From Eledone cirrhosa (Eukaryota): 64,000 bases of DNA. This document shows, piece after piece, positions 39,701 to 52,900 of this stretch. Location of the stretch: positions 23,064,001 through 23,128,000 of the forward strand of contig OZ024751.1 in the NCBI GenBank assembly GCA_964016885.1, given 5' to 3'. The notes below the pieces were generated by a model. That model ran no database searches. It was given only the letters and a program-made list of their open reading frames with translations, and was not told the DNA's origin. Position 1 is the first letter of the stretch. Every line of letters starts with the position of its first letter. The position numbers and the translations under genes were made by a program.

Positions 39701-42700
39701 TTAAACTGACTATATATATGTAAATAAGACCGTTATTGCCCCAGTCAGCCCACAAAAAACTAAGCCAAAATCTGATTGTTAATAAGAAGATGGGGTTACT
39801 TTGTCTGTCTTCCTCAGGATGTGCAATAGAAAGTAGAAGTTAACGACTGAAACACTTACCTGAGGTGGGTTTCTTCTCTGAAGGCCCTTCTCTGATTCAG
39901 CTCTCCTGAAAGTTTCTTACCACTAGATGTTAAATGGCAATAATGATGATAATATTGATGATATATAAATGTACATTCTATTTTTTGATAGTGTTTTCTT
40001 ATATTAAATGACAATGTCTATATTATATCCCCATGTCATCTTTGCAACTGTTGTCATCAATGTTGATCACTAGACAGATATACAAATTAGAACAATACCT
40101 CAACAAAAAGCACCCAGTTCACTCTGTAAAATTGTCATACTGGTGCCACGATAAAAAGCACCCAGTCCACTCTAATAGTGATGTCCACATTATTACCCCT
40201 CGTCATCACTGCTACAGTTGTCATCAATGTTGATCAATAGACATATCTATCTATATATATATACATATCTATATATCTATATATCTATATATATGTATAT
40301 ATACAGATTGGAAGAGAACAAAGCACCAGAAAGAGGAGGTTAATAAGTCTGGAGGTCTTGAATTATTAAAATCAGTAGCTCAGTTGTAAAAAAACATGAA
40401 CATGAACAAACAAATAACATTTATATAATAACAAAGGCTTCCTATCTTTTGGAAAACCTGGAATTAATCCAAGGAGGGCCTTGCTGTGTTGGGAAACCTG
40501 GAATAAGTCCAGACACAGTTTGGTTGCTACAGAAGGAGGGCTTTGCTGTGTTGGGAAATCTGGATTAAGTCCAGACACAGTTTGGTTGCCACAGAGGAAG
40601 AGTCTCTCTATTGGGAAACCTGGAATAAGTCCAGACATAGCTTGCTTACCACAGAGGGAGGGCCTTGCTGTGTTGTGAAACCTGGAATATATCCAAATTA
40701 AAGTTGGTTACTAGAGAGAGGAGGGTCTCTTTGTATTGAGAAACCTGGAATAAATCAAAACATAGCTTGGTTGCCACAGAGAGAGGGCCTTGCTGTGTTG
40801 GGAAACATTGACTTAGTCCAAACATAGACTGGTTATTGCAGAACAAGCGCCTTAGTGTGTTGGGAAACCTTGAATATATCCAAACACAGACTGCTTATGA
40901 CAGAATGAGGGCCTTACTGTCTTTGGAAACCTGGAATAAGTCCAAAAACAGCTTGGTTGTTACAGAGGAAGGGCGTTGCTGTGTTGGGAAATTTAGAGTG
41001 AGTCCAAACACAGCTTGGTAGCTGTGAAGGGTGCCATAATTGTGTATTTGGGCCCATATAAAATATGTTTATGTATATCTAGCTGATATCGTGTTAAAGG
41101 TAGCTATATGATCATAGTTTAAAATACTATATGTATATTTATAATACCTAAACATATTGTATAGGGTTCCATATGTCCCTTTATTCTGAATCATACTGCT
41201 AATTAATATAGAAATCAATTAGCATTGAAGAAACTGTAATAATGAGCTATCTTGTAACATATGTTTATCTGATGGGCTTTGGAATATTTAAAAAAATTTT
41301 CCTCAATTTTTTTTCCAAAGATTTTTCTTAAAAATTAAAAAAAAATTTGAATATAAATTTTCTTAAAAATTTTTTTGAAAATTATTTCAAAAATTATCAA
41401 ACTGACTGAATTGGCAATTTTTAACAAATTGTCAAAATTTATTTGAATTAGTAACTTTTGAGGAAAGTCATATAGTTATCTCTATTGTTTCATATATAAT
41501 TCTAAATTGCAAATATACAAGGTTAAATAGATTTTACAATTTCTCTTTATTCAGCGTTTCGACACACCAGATTCTGTGGTAACAGACAGATCTCAAGTAA
41601 AATCCAGTCAAGTAGTCCTGCCATAGTAAGAATACTTTTAATCAAAGTTCTAACTTGTTTTTGCTCTTTTATTAACCCTTTAACATTTACATTACTCTAT
41701 ATTTACTATTGTATTTTTGTGGTAAAGGCTTTACCTCACATAATTATCATACATAGTATCAAATCTATCAGATTTTGATATCATTTATTTTGAGAACAAT
41801 ACCTTAACATTAGTATGAGTGGCCAATTAAGGCTGGATTGAACAGAAAGTGGCGAAAGTATTCTGGTTGGATATGGCTGGTTTAAGTACTAAAGAGTTAA
41901 CTTGAATTAATTTGAATTTCTTCTAATCATTATTTCCACTTACTGAATGGTAGATTGGCAGTATTGGTAAATCATTGAACAACATGCTTTGCGGTATACA
42001 GTTACAGCCCTTTATGCTCTGAGTTCAAATCCCAATGAGGATAGCTCTGCCTTTCATCCTTACAGGGTCGATAAAATAAAATACCAATAACACACTGGGG
42101 TCAATTTAATTGACTTTCCTTTCCTCCAAAATTATTGGCCTTGTGCCTAAACCAGAAACCATTATTTCCACTTACAGGCGGTGGATTGGCAGTATCGGTA
42201 GAGGGTCGGATGCCATGCTTTGACGCATAGTTTCGGCCCTTGCCATTCTGAGTTCAAATCCCACCGAGGTTAACTTTGCCTTTCATCCTTACGGGGGTGA
42301 TAAAATAAAGTACCAGTAATACACTGGGATAAATGCTGGCCTTGTGCCAGAAGTAGAAACAATTATTTCCACTTACAGGATTGTGGACTGACAGTATCAG
42401 TAGAGTATTGGCTAACATGCTTTGAGAGCAGGCATGTCAAACTGAGGGTCTCCCAAGGGCCACATGGGTCACATATGTGTTGTTTGAGGGCCACATGGGT
42501 CACGTGTTGTCTGAGGGGCACGTGGGTCACATATGTGTTGTTTGAGGGCCACATGGGTCACATATGTGTTGTCTGAGAGCCACAAGGGTCACATGTGTTG
42601 TCTGAGGGCCACATGGGTCACATATGTGTTGTTTGAGGGCCACATGGGTCACGTGTTGTTTGAGGGCCACATGGGTCACATATGTGTTGTTTGAGGGCCA

Positions 42701-45213
42701 CATGGGTCATATATGTGTTGTCTGAGGGCCACATGGGTCACATATGTGTTGTTTGAGGGCCACATGGGTCACATGTGTTGTCTGAGGGCCACGTGGGTCA
42801 CATATGTGTTGTCTGAGGGCCACATGGGTCACATATGTGTTGTCTGAGGGCCACATGGGTCACATGTGTTGTCTGAGGGCCACATGGGTCACATGTGTGT
42901 TGTCTGAGGGCCACGTGGGTCACATATTTGTTGTCTGAGGGCCACATGGGTCACATGTGTGTTGTCTGAGGGCCACATGGGTCACATGTGTTGTCTGAGG
43001 GCCACATGGGTCACATATGTGTTGTTTGAGGGCCACATGGGTCACATGTGTTGTCTGAGGGCCACACGGGTCACATGTGTGTTGTCTGAGGGCCACGTGG
43101 GTCACATGTGTGTTGTCTGAGGGCCACATGGGTCACATGTGTGTTGTCTGAGGGCCACATGGGTCACATGTGTGTTGTCTGAGGGCCACGTGGGTCACAT
43201 ATGTGTTGTCTGAGGGCCACGTGGGTCACATATGTGTTGTCTGAGGGCCACGTGGGTCACATGTGTGTTGTTTGAGGGCCACATGGGTCACATATGTGTT
43301 GTTTGAGGGCCACATGGGTCACATATGTGTTGTTTGAGGGCCACATGGGTCACATATGTGTTGTTTGAGGGCCACACACAACAACTAATTGTGCACATTA
43401 CAACTAATTTTTTAAATTTTATATTACAAAGATACAACATGCTCGCGCTGTAAAACACTTTGTGCGGGCCGCAGGTGTGTTTGTAAAGGGCCGCATGTGG
43501 CCCACGGGTCGCATGTTTGATATTTCCAGTATATAGTCACAGCCCTTTACACTCTGATGTTCAAATCCTACCGTGGTTAATTTCGCCTTTCAACTTTTTG
43601 TGATTGATAAAATAAAGTACCAGGCAACTTATTTAAGACCTTTTTTTAAAAAAAAAAAAAACAACCCCTACTTTTTAAATTTGAGGGTGCACTATCGAAA
43701 AGTAGGTGGGAAATGGCATTTAGTGCCCCCACTTATTTTGACAGAGGATGGGGGACATACACACACAGTAAACATGAACTCCATATCATCCCTCCTCTCC
43801 TCCCCCCCATATTCTGAAGTACTGATGCTCTGCCAGCAGGGGGTCCTCAAATTAATTGATTCCTAAGGAATGACAAAAAGAAAAAAAACGACAAAAAATA
43901 ATAATATTTACATTAGGGATTTTTCATAGAATATATCTTCCCAGATTGCTGTCATAATGTGTTTATATAGTTGGAGATAATTAGAGAGAACTGGGTACAC
44001 ACTGACATACAGAGACATTCATAGAGACACATACACATACACACACTGACATACAGAGACATTCATAGAGACATATACACATACACACACTGACATACAG
44101 AGACATTCATAGAGACATATATACATTCACAGACACATACACACACACACACTGACATACATAGACATTCATAGAGACATATACACATTCACAGACACAT
44201 ACACATACACACACACACACTGACATACATAGACATTCATAGAGACATATACACATTCACAGACACATACACACACACACACTGACATACATAGACATTC
44301 ATAGAGACATATATACATTCACAGACACATACACATACACATACACACACTGACATACAGAGACATTCATAGAGACACATACACATACACACACTGACAT
44401 ACATAGACATTCATAGAGACATATACACATACACACACTGACATACATAGACATTTATAGAGACATATATACATTCACAGACACATACACATACACACAC
44501 TGACATACATAGACATTCATAGAGACATATACACATTCACAGACACATACACACACACACACTGACATACATAGACATTCATAGAGACATATATACATTC
44601 ACAGACACATACACATACACATACACACACTGACATACATAGACATTTATAGAGACATATATACATTCACAGACACAGACACATACACATACACACACTG
44701 ACATACATAGACATTCATAGAGACACATACACATACACACACTGACATACATAGACATTCATAGAGACATATATACATTCACAGACACATACACATACAC
44801 ACACTGACATACATAGACATTTATAGAGACATATATACATTCACAGACACATACACATACACACACTCACAGACATACACATACACACACTGACACATAT
44901 ATATTTATAGAGACATATATACATACACACACTGACACACAGACATTTATAGACATATATACATTCACAGACACAGACACATACACATACACACATGCAT
45001 ACACACATGCATACACACATATACATACACACAAATATATAGACCCATAAACATACATTCCTACCTACCACTCTCTCCCTCTCTTTCTGTCTACTAAACT
45101 CTCTCTACCTATCTACTTACCTACCTACACATCTCCCTCCCATTTCTCTCCCCCTCTCTCTCTCTCTCTATATATATATAGGATAGATAGGTAGGTAGAT
45201 AGATAAATATATA

Positions 45214-45250
<37 letters not shown>

Positions 45251-45270
45251 TACATATATACACACACACT

Positions 45271-45337
<67 letters not shown>

Positions 45338-48300
45338 CGAAGGAGGTGTGGTAAGGAACCAGATGGACCATAACACACCAGAGTACTCAATACTTAGGGT
45401 AGTAGAGTGGGTAATAGGAAAATGTTAGACCCCGACGGCAGAGCTCAAGCCGTTTCGACGGTTATTTCTGGACTATATATATATATATATATTTATCTAT
45501 CTACCTACCTATCTATCCTTCTCTCTCTCCTACCCTACCTCTTACCTATCTGCCACCCTCCCTCCATACCCAGCCATCTCCAAGCTAGCTATATATCCCA
45601 CCATGGGGCTGCTGTCTGTTGAATCAACTCACAATAAAGGGTTTCAATTAGTTGTTGATTTTATAGTTCAACACAAATCACAGTTTGATTGATTAACGAG
45701 AAAACTAAGATGTTTGATATATAATCTATTATTTTAAGAAGTGAATCTTAATTTCAAACTAGAATGACATTGAGGTGGTCTAGTGGTGTGGTTGGTGGAG
45801 CTGGTGTGGTGGTGTGGTTGGTGTAGATGGTGTGGTGGTGTTGTTGGTGGTCTAGTGGTGTGGTGGTGTGGTAATGTAGTGGGTATGGTGATGGAGTTGG
45901 TGGTCTAGTAGTCTGGTTGGTGGAGTTGGTGTGGTGATGCAGTGGGTATGGTGGTAGAGTTGGTGGTCTAGTGGTGTGGTTGGTGTGGTGGTGTGGTTGG
46001 TGTGGTGATGTGGTGGTGGAGTTGGTGGTGTAGTGGTGTGGTTGGTGTGGTGGTGTGGTGGTGTGGTTGGTGTGGTGGTGTGGTGGTGGAGTTGGTGGTC
46101 TAGTGGTGTGGTTGGTGTGGTGGTGTGGTTGGTGTGGTGATGTGGTGGTGGAGTTGGTGGTGTGGTTGGTGTGGTGGTGTGGTGGTGTAGTGGTGTGGTG
46201 GTGTGGTTGGTGTGGTGGTGTGGTGGTGGAGTTGGTGGTCTAGTGGTGTGGTTGGTGCAGTTGGTGTTGTGGTGTGGTGGTGTAGTGGTGTGGTTGGTGT
46301 GGTGGTGTGGTGGTGTAGTGGTGTGGTGGTGTGGTTGGTGTGGTGGTGTGGTGGTGGAGTTGGTGGTCTAGTGGTGTGGTTGGTGCAGTTGGTGTTGTGG
46401 TGTGGTGGAGTTTGTGGTGTGGTGGTGTGGTTGGTGTGGTGGTGGAGTTGGTGGTCTAGTGCTGTGGTTGGTGTGGTGGTGGTGTTGTGGTTGGAGTTGG
46501 TGGTCAAGTGGTGTGGTTGGTGCAGTTGGTGCAGTTAGTGTTGTGGTGTGGTTGGTGCAGTTGGTGTTGTGGTGTGGTGCTGGAGTTGGTGGCTTGTGGT
46601 GGGTTGATAGAATAAAATACCAGTAATGCACTGGGGTCGATTTAATCAACTTTCCACTCCCTTATGCTGGCCTTAGGCCTAAAGTAGAAACAATGATTGA
46701 TTATTATTATTATTACTATTGAGTTCAAATTTTTATTACTGAGTTCAAATCCCGCCGAGGTTAACTTTGCCTTTCATCCTTACGGGGTCGATAAAATAAA
46801 GTACCAGTAATGTACTGGGGTAATTGCTGGCCTTGTGCCTAAAGTAGAAACAATTATTATTACTATTATTATTACTTCTATTATTAGTTCAAATCCCACA
46901 GAGGCTAGCTTTGTCTTTAATACTTACAGGGTTGATAAAATAAAGTACCAGTAACACACTGGGGTTGATTTAATCAACTTTCCTCACCACCCAAATTGTC
47001 GGCCTTGGGCCTTAATTAGAAACCATTATTACTTCTGCTTATATTAAAGTTCTCTGAAACTTGGTGAAAGCCCTTGTCAGGTGAACCCTGTACTTGAAGA
47101 AAAGCCTGAAGAGAATGTTGAAGAACCTTTGCCCCAAGAACCACATGTCACTGATGAGGGATTAGATGATAACCCTTTCATTCCTTCTTTGGATATTAAC
47201 AAGATCAACAATGCTTCTGACATTCCTCTTGCTGAAAACTCACCTGTCCATAACCCACCTGGCGAATTAACACCTGTCGCAGATGCAATTACTAATGTTA
47301 TCATTGAAAATGTTCTGAGAACAAACTCTGAAAGAGACACCAGTCCAGAGATTTTAGTGACTGGACAAAATATTATCAGTAAGTGCTTCCCTTGTTTATT
47401 ATTTTATATAAAGAATTAGAAGGGCCCTTTAGCTGTGTCAAAGGCATGACAACCTTCCTAGTATTGGTGCTATTTCTTCAGCTGTGTCAAAGACATGACA
47501 ACCTTCCCAGCATTGGTGCCATCTGTTTGGCTGTGTCAAAGGCCTGACAACTTCCCTGGTGTTGATGTCATCTCTTCAGCTGTGTCAAAGACATGGCATC
47601 TCTAGTGCTGGTGCTTTGATAAAATGCACCCAGTGCATTCTGTAAAGTATGGCAACAAATGTTAACAAGATGCAGATCCCCAGTCCAAATGATACATTTG
47701 GTACATGTGTATTTAATTAGCAATATGACTTCACCAAAGTACAATACATTCATTTATCTTCCATTTTGTAGATCCAGATGTTTTGCGTAAAAATGATGAA
47801 GTTCAGAATTTTTCAAGCCGCAGTGTTTGTTCCTCAGAGATCTTCACAAAACCTCGATATGAAAAATCAAACTCTGCTACATTTATTAATCGTTTACCAG
47901 TGTTAGGAAAAGCTTTCTCTGCTGGCGCTTTAAATCGGACAAGAAGGTGACTTTTCTTATCTTTAACCCTTTTGATATGAAGCAATCTGAAACTGCCCTA
48001 GGTAATCATGATGATGATGATGATGATCACCACCATCACCATCACCATCATCACCCCCCCCCCCCCTCAATTTATATCTGCTTTCCATGCTGGCATGGGT
48101 TGGACAGGTGTCACAGTCTGAGACTAGATAGGTAAGAGTGATCTCAAAATGTATTTATCTAAATGTGTTTATATTTATCTAAAAAAAAATATTCCAACAT
48201 AATTTTATCTAAGAACCTTTCTTATGTTATGTTCCAAACATGCAGGTATATGGTGTACCTATTCTAAACTGGAGCTTTAAATTTCAGATGTTCCTACCAG

Positions 48301-49727
48301 CAGAGTCACACAGCACGAGGGCAGCCAGTTGTTCAAGCCTGTTGTGACCACCATAGTAGTGGACAGGAGATATGTTATTTATGTCACCAGCGCCAACAAC
48401 GAAATATCTACATGCCATTCTCTGAAGAGAAAGCTTGCAGAGATAAAGAGGAAGAGTTACTTCTTCAGAAATATTGTACCATGAAGAATACGGAACATTT
48501 GTTGACAGAGAAGGTAGCCAACTGTAGAATTTTATTACTTAGGTTGGGTGCTTGTGGTGTTTTTGGTTTGTTTGGTAGCTAATTGTAAAACCTCTTTAAA
48601 TGGTTTGGTTTGAAGCTAACTGTAAAACCCTTTACAAGGTTTGGGTGGTTGTGGTGTTTTCGGTTTTGTTGGTAGCTAACTGTAAAACCTCTTTACAAGG
48701 TTTGGATGGTTGTGGCATTCTTGGTTTGGTTTGTAGCTAACTGTAAATCCTCTTTAAATGGTTTGGGTACTTGTGATGTTCTTAGTTTGTTTGGTAGCAA
48801 CTGTAAAACCTCTTTAAATGGTTCGGTTTGTAGCTAACTGTAAAATCTCTTTAAATGGTTTGGTTTGTAGCTAACTATAAAACCTTTTACAAGGTTTGGG
48901 TGGTTGTGGCATTCTTGGTTTGGTTTGTAGCTAACTGTAAATCCTCTTTAAATGGTTTGGGTACTCGTGATGTTCTTAGTTTGTTTGGTAGCAACTGTAA
49001 AACCCCTTTAAATGGTTTGGTTTGTAGCTAATTGTAAAACCTCTTTAAATGGTTTGGTTTGTAGCTAACTGTAAAATCTCTTTAAATGGTTTGGTTGGTA
49101 GCTAACTGTAAAACCTCTTTACAAGGTTTGGGTGGTTGTGGCATTCTTGGTTTGTAACTGTAAATCCTCTTTAAATGATTTGGGTACATGTGGTGTTCCT
49201 GGTTTGGTTAGGGGAGGAGGTCACCCAGCTTTCCCTTGCTGGTATGGGTTGGACAGGGAAGGGAAGGTCCTGCTTTTTTTTTACTTATTAGGACATTAAA
49301 CTTTATCAAGTTGACTTTAAGCTCTTTCAGTTCCAGATTTTGCTTATACATTTGGAATTTCTTTTCTAATTCTGCTGTAGGTTCAGTTTTGATGACTAGG
49401 TCATTGGCATATAGGAGTTCCCAAGGACAGCCAGTTTTAATCTCCTCTTATATAACCTTGAGGACAATAATAAAGGGGAAGAAGGGCTGAGGCCAGAGCC
49501 TTGGTTGACCACACACACACACACACTAAATTCCTCACTATACACTCATTCTTAACTCTCACTTTGCTGACAGCACTCCGGTACATGGTTTGTACTGCCC
49601 TCACAAGCCACTCATCTACCCCTGGCTTCCTAAGATATTCTGGAGTGGATTGCAGAAACACATTCAGCTTTAAATCTTCTGAGCGTGTCTCAACTAAGTT
49701 TTGATTTCTCAACTTATTACTCTTGTT

Positions 49728-49765
<38 letters not shown>

Positions 49766-49891
49766 CACACATATATATGTATGTGCTTACATATGTCTAT
49801 ATGTATGTATGTGTGTAGATGTGTGTGTTTGTATGTATGCACGTATGTTTGTATGTGTGAATATGTGTGTGTGTATGCATTTATGTATGTG

Positions 49892-49929
<38 letters not shown>

Positions 49930-52900
49930 CATATATCATCATCATCATCATGATATATATCATCATCATCATCATCATTGTTTAACATCCATCTTCCACG
50001 CTAGCATGGGCTTAGATGGGAGTTGTCCCACTTGAGGCAAGGTTGGTCAGGTGACTGTGTCTCGCTCGTATAGGACTATCTGGCAGGTTTTCTACGGCTG
50101 GATGCCCTTCCTAACACCAACCACATTTACAGTGTGGACTGGGAGGTTTTTACCGTGTTACCTACACGGCGCCATTACAGCGTGGACTGTGGGGTTTTTT
50201 GTCGTGACACCTACACGATCTATATATGTATATATATATATGTTTCTATTTAGGAAAAGAAGGCCCAACTGAAACGAGAACTCCAAGACATCCAGAAGAG
50301 TAACTTTGAAGTGGCTGAGATGAAACATTCCAGGAAGAAAGAACGGGATATAAACTTTGTGGTAAGGAATTGGACATACATATACTGATAGACACACTTA
50401 TACACATAGACACACACTGATAGACACATACACACAGACACACACACATACACATACTGAAAGACACACTTATACACACATACACATACTGATAGCCACA
50501 CTTATACACACAGACACACACATACACATACTGATAGACACACTTATACACACAGACACACACACACATACACATACTGATAGACACACTTATACACACA
50601 GACACACACACACACATACACATACTGATAGACACACTTATACACACAGACACACACACATACACATACTGATAGACACACTTATACAAACACATACATT
50701 GACATATGCACACACTTACACAGACACACATAAACACAGGCACATATTCACACACACACACATACACAGGCACTCTGACATACTTACACACACACATACT
50801 CACATATATACACACATACACAGACACACAGTTGCTGACTCTTACAGAGATACACTAACACAGGCTCTTATACACACACTTACACAGACACATACACATA
50901 CACGTCTACACTTACACACACACACACACACATACACATACACGCCTACACATACACACACACACATTTAGAAACACATATTCATAAACACAGAGACACA
51001 TACACATACACACCTACACTTACACATGCACACACACATTTAGAAACACATGCATATAAACACACACACAGACACATGCACATACATTCCTACACTTACA
51101 CAGGCACACACACACATATTTAGAAACATATATTCATAAATACACACGCATACACACACACAGAGACACATACACATACACACCTACGCTTACACACACA
51201 CACACACACACATTCAGTAACACATATTCATAAACACGCACACACATACTGACTCTTATATTCATGTTTGATCTGAAATATCTTCCAACTATTTTTCTTC
51301 CATTCCACAGCAGAGTTATTTATTTCAACATCGACCCCAGACACCTCCATTATTTACTAAGATGGTACCTTATAGTAAAGAATTACAGAAACAGGTAAGT
51401 CAGATTTTCAGCTTAACCCTTTAGCATTTACATTACTTTATATTTACTATTGTATTTTCACAGTAAAGGCTTTATCTCACATAATATCTCACATGAGATT
51501 TAGATATTATTTATTTTGAGAACAATACTTTAACATCAGTATGAGTTGCCAGTTACAACAGAAAGAGGTGAGAGAATTCTGGCCAGATATGGCCGGTTTG
51601 AATGCTAAAGGGTTAACCCATTAGCATCTACATTACTTTATATTTACTATTGTATTTTCATGGTAAAGGCTTTATCTCACATAATATCTCATATAATATT
51701 GTATCTATGAGATTTTGAAATTATTTATTTTGAGAACAATACTTTAACATCAGTATGAGTGGCCAGTTACGGCTGGTTTGAAAAGAAAAAGGTGAAAGAA
51801 TTCTGGCCGGATACAGCCAGTTTAAATGCTAAAGGGTTAACTTCTTTCTATTTCTTATATAAAGTGGCGCAGATCTGATTGTTTGACTAAGAACTTCACT
51901 TCCTAATTATATGTGTTATGAGGTATACCTCTATAGTGTAACTATATGGTTTATGAGTTACACCCAGTCCACACTGTAAATGTGTGTTGCCTTAGTCAGC
52001 CTTTGAACTTTTCAGCTGACCCTCGTATGTGGTTTTTAACCCTTTAGCATTCACATTATTTTATATATACTATTGTGCGGTGGATTGGCAGTATCAGTAG
52101 AGAGCCGGACGCCATGCTTTCCAGCATAGAGTTACGTCCCTTTACAGACTGAGTTCAAATCCCGCCGGGTTTAACTTTGCCTTTCATCGATAAAATAAAG
52201 TACCAGTAATGTACTGGGTAATTGCTGGCCTTGTGCCAAATGTAGAAACAATTATTTTATATATACTATTATATTTTAATGGTAAATGTTTTACCTCACA
52301 TAATTATCTCACATAATATCGAATCTATGAGATTTTGAAAGTATTTATTTTGAGAACAATACCTTAACATCAGTATGAGTGACCAGTTACAGCCAGTTTC
52401 AACAGAAAGAGGTAGAGAATTCTGGCCGGTTTTGGCCGGTTTCAACACTAAAGGGTTAAGTTATATCCCACAGTGAGGCCCCTTAGGCAATTATATTCAA
52501 CCAAAGCTGCATCAGGGAAATATCTGTTACTGGCCTTCTGCCTAAATTAGAAACCATTATCATTATTATTAGGGCGGTGGATTGATAGTATCGGTAGAGG
52601 GTCGAACGCCATGATTTGCAGCATAGAGTTATGGCCCTTGACGTTCTGAGTTCAAATCTCACTGAGGTTAATTTGCCTTTCATCCTTATGGGGTTGATAA
52701 AATAAAGTACCAGTAATGCACTGGGTAATTGCTGGTCTTGTGCCAAAAGTAGAAACAATTATTATTAATGTAAGGATGGTGGATTGGCAGTATCGGTGGC
52801 ATATAGTTACATCCCTTTATGTTGTGACTTCAAATTCTACCGAGGTTAGCTTTGTCTTTCATCCTTACGGGGTTGATAAAATAAAGTACCAGTAATTCAC

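Noticed and set aside
45380-45472. Penelope-like CGAAACG fragment on the minus strand (similar at 4850-4860)
   Set aside because: No CUGANGA partner; too short to call.
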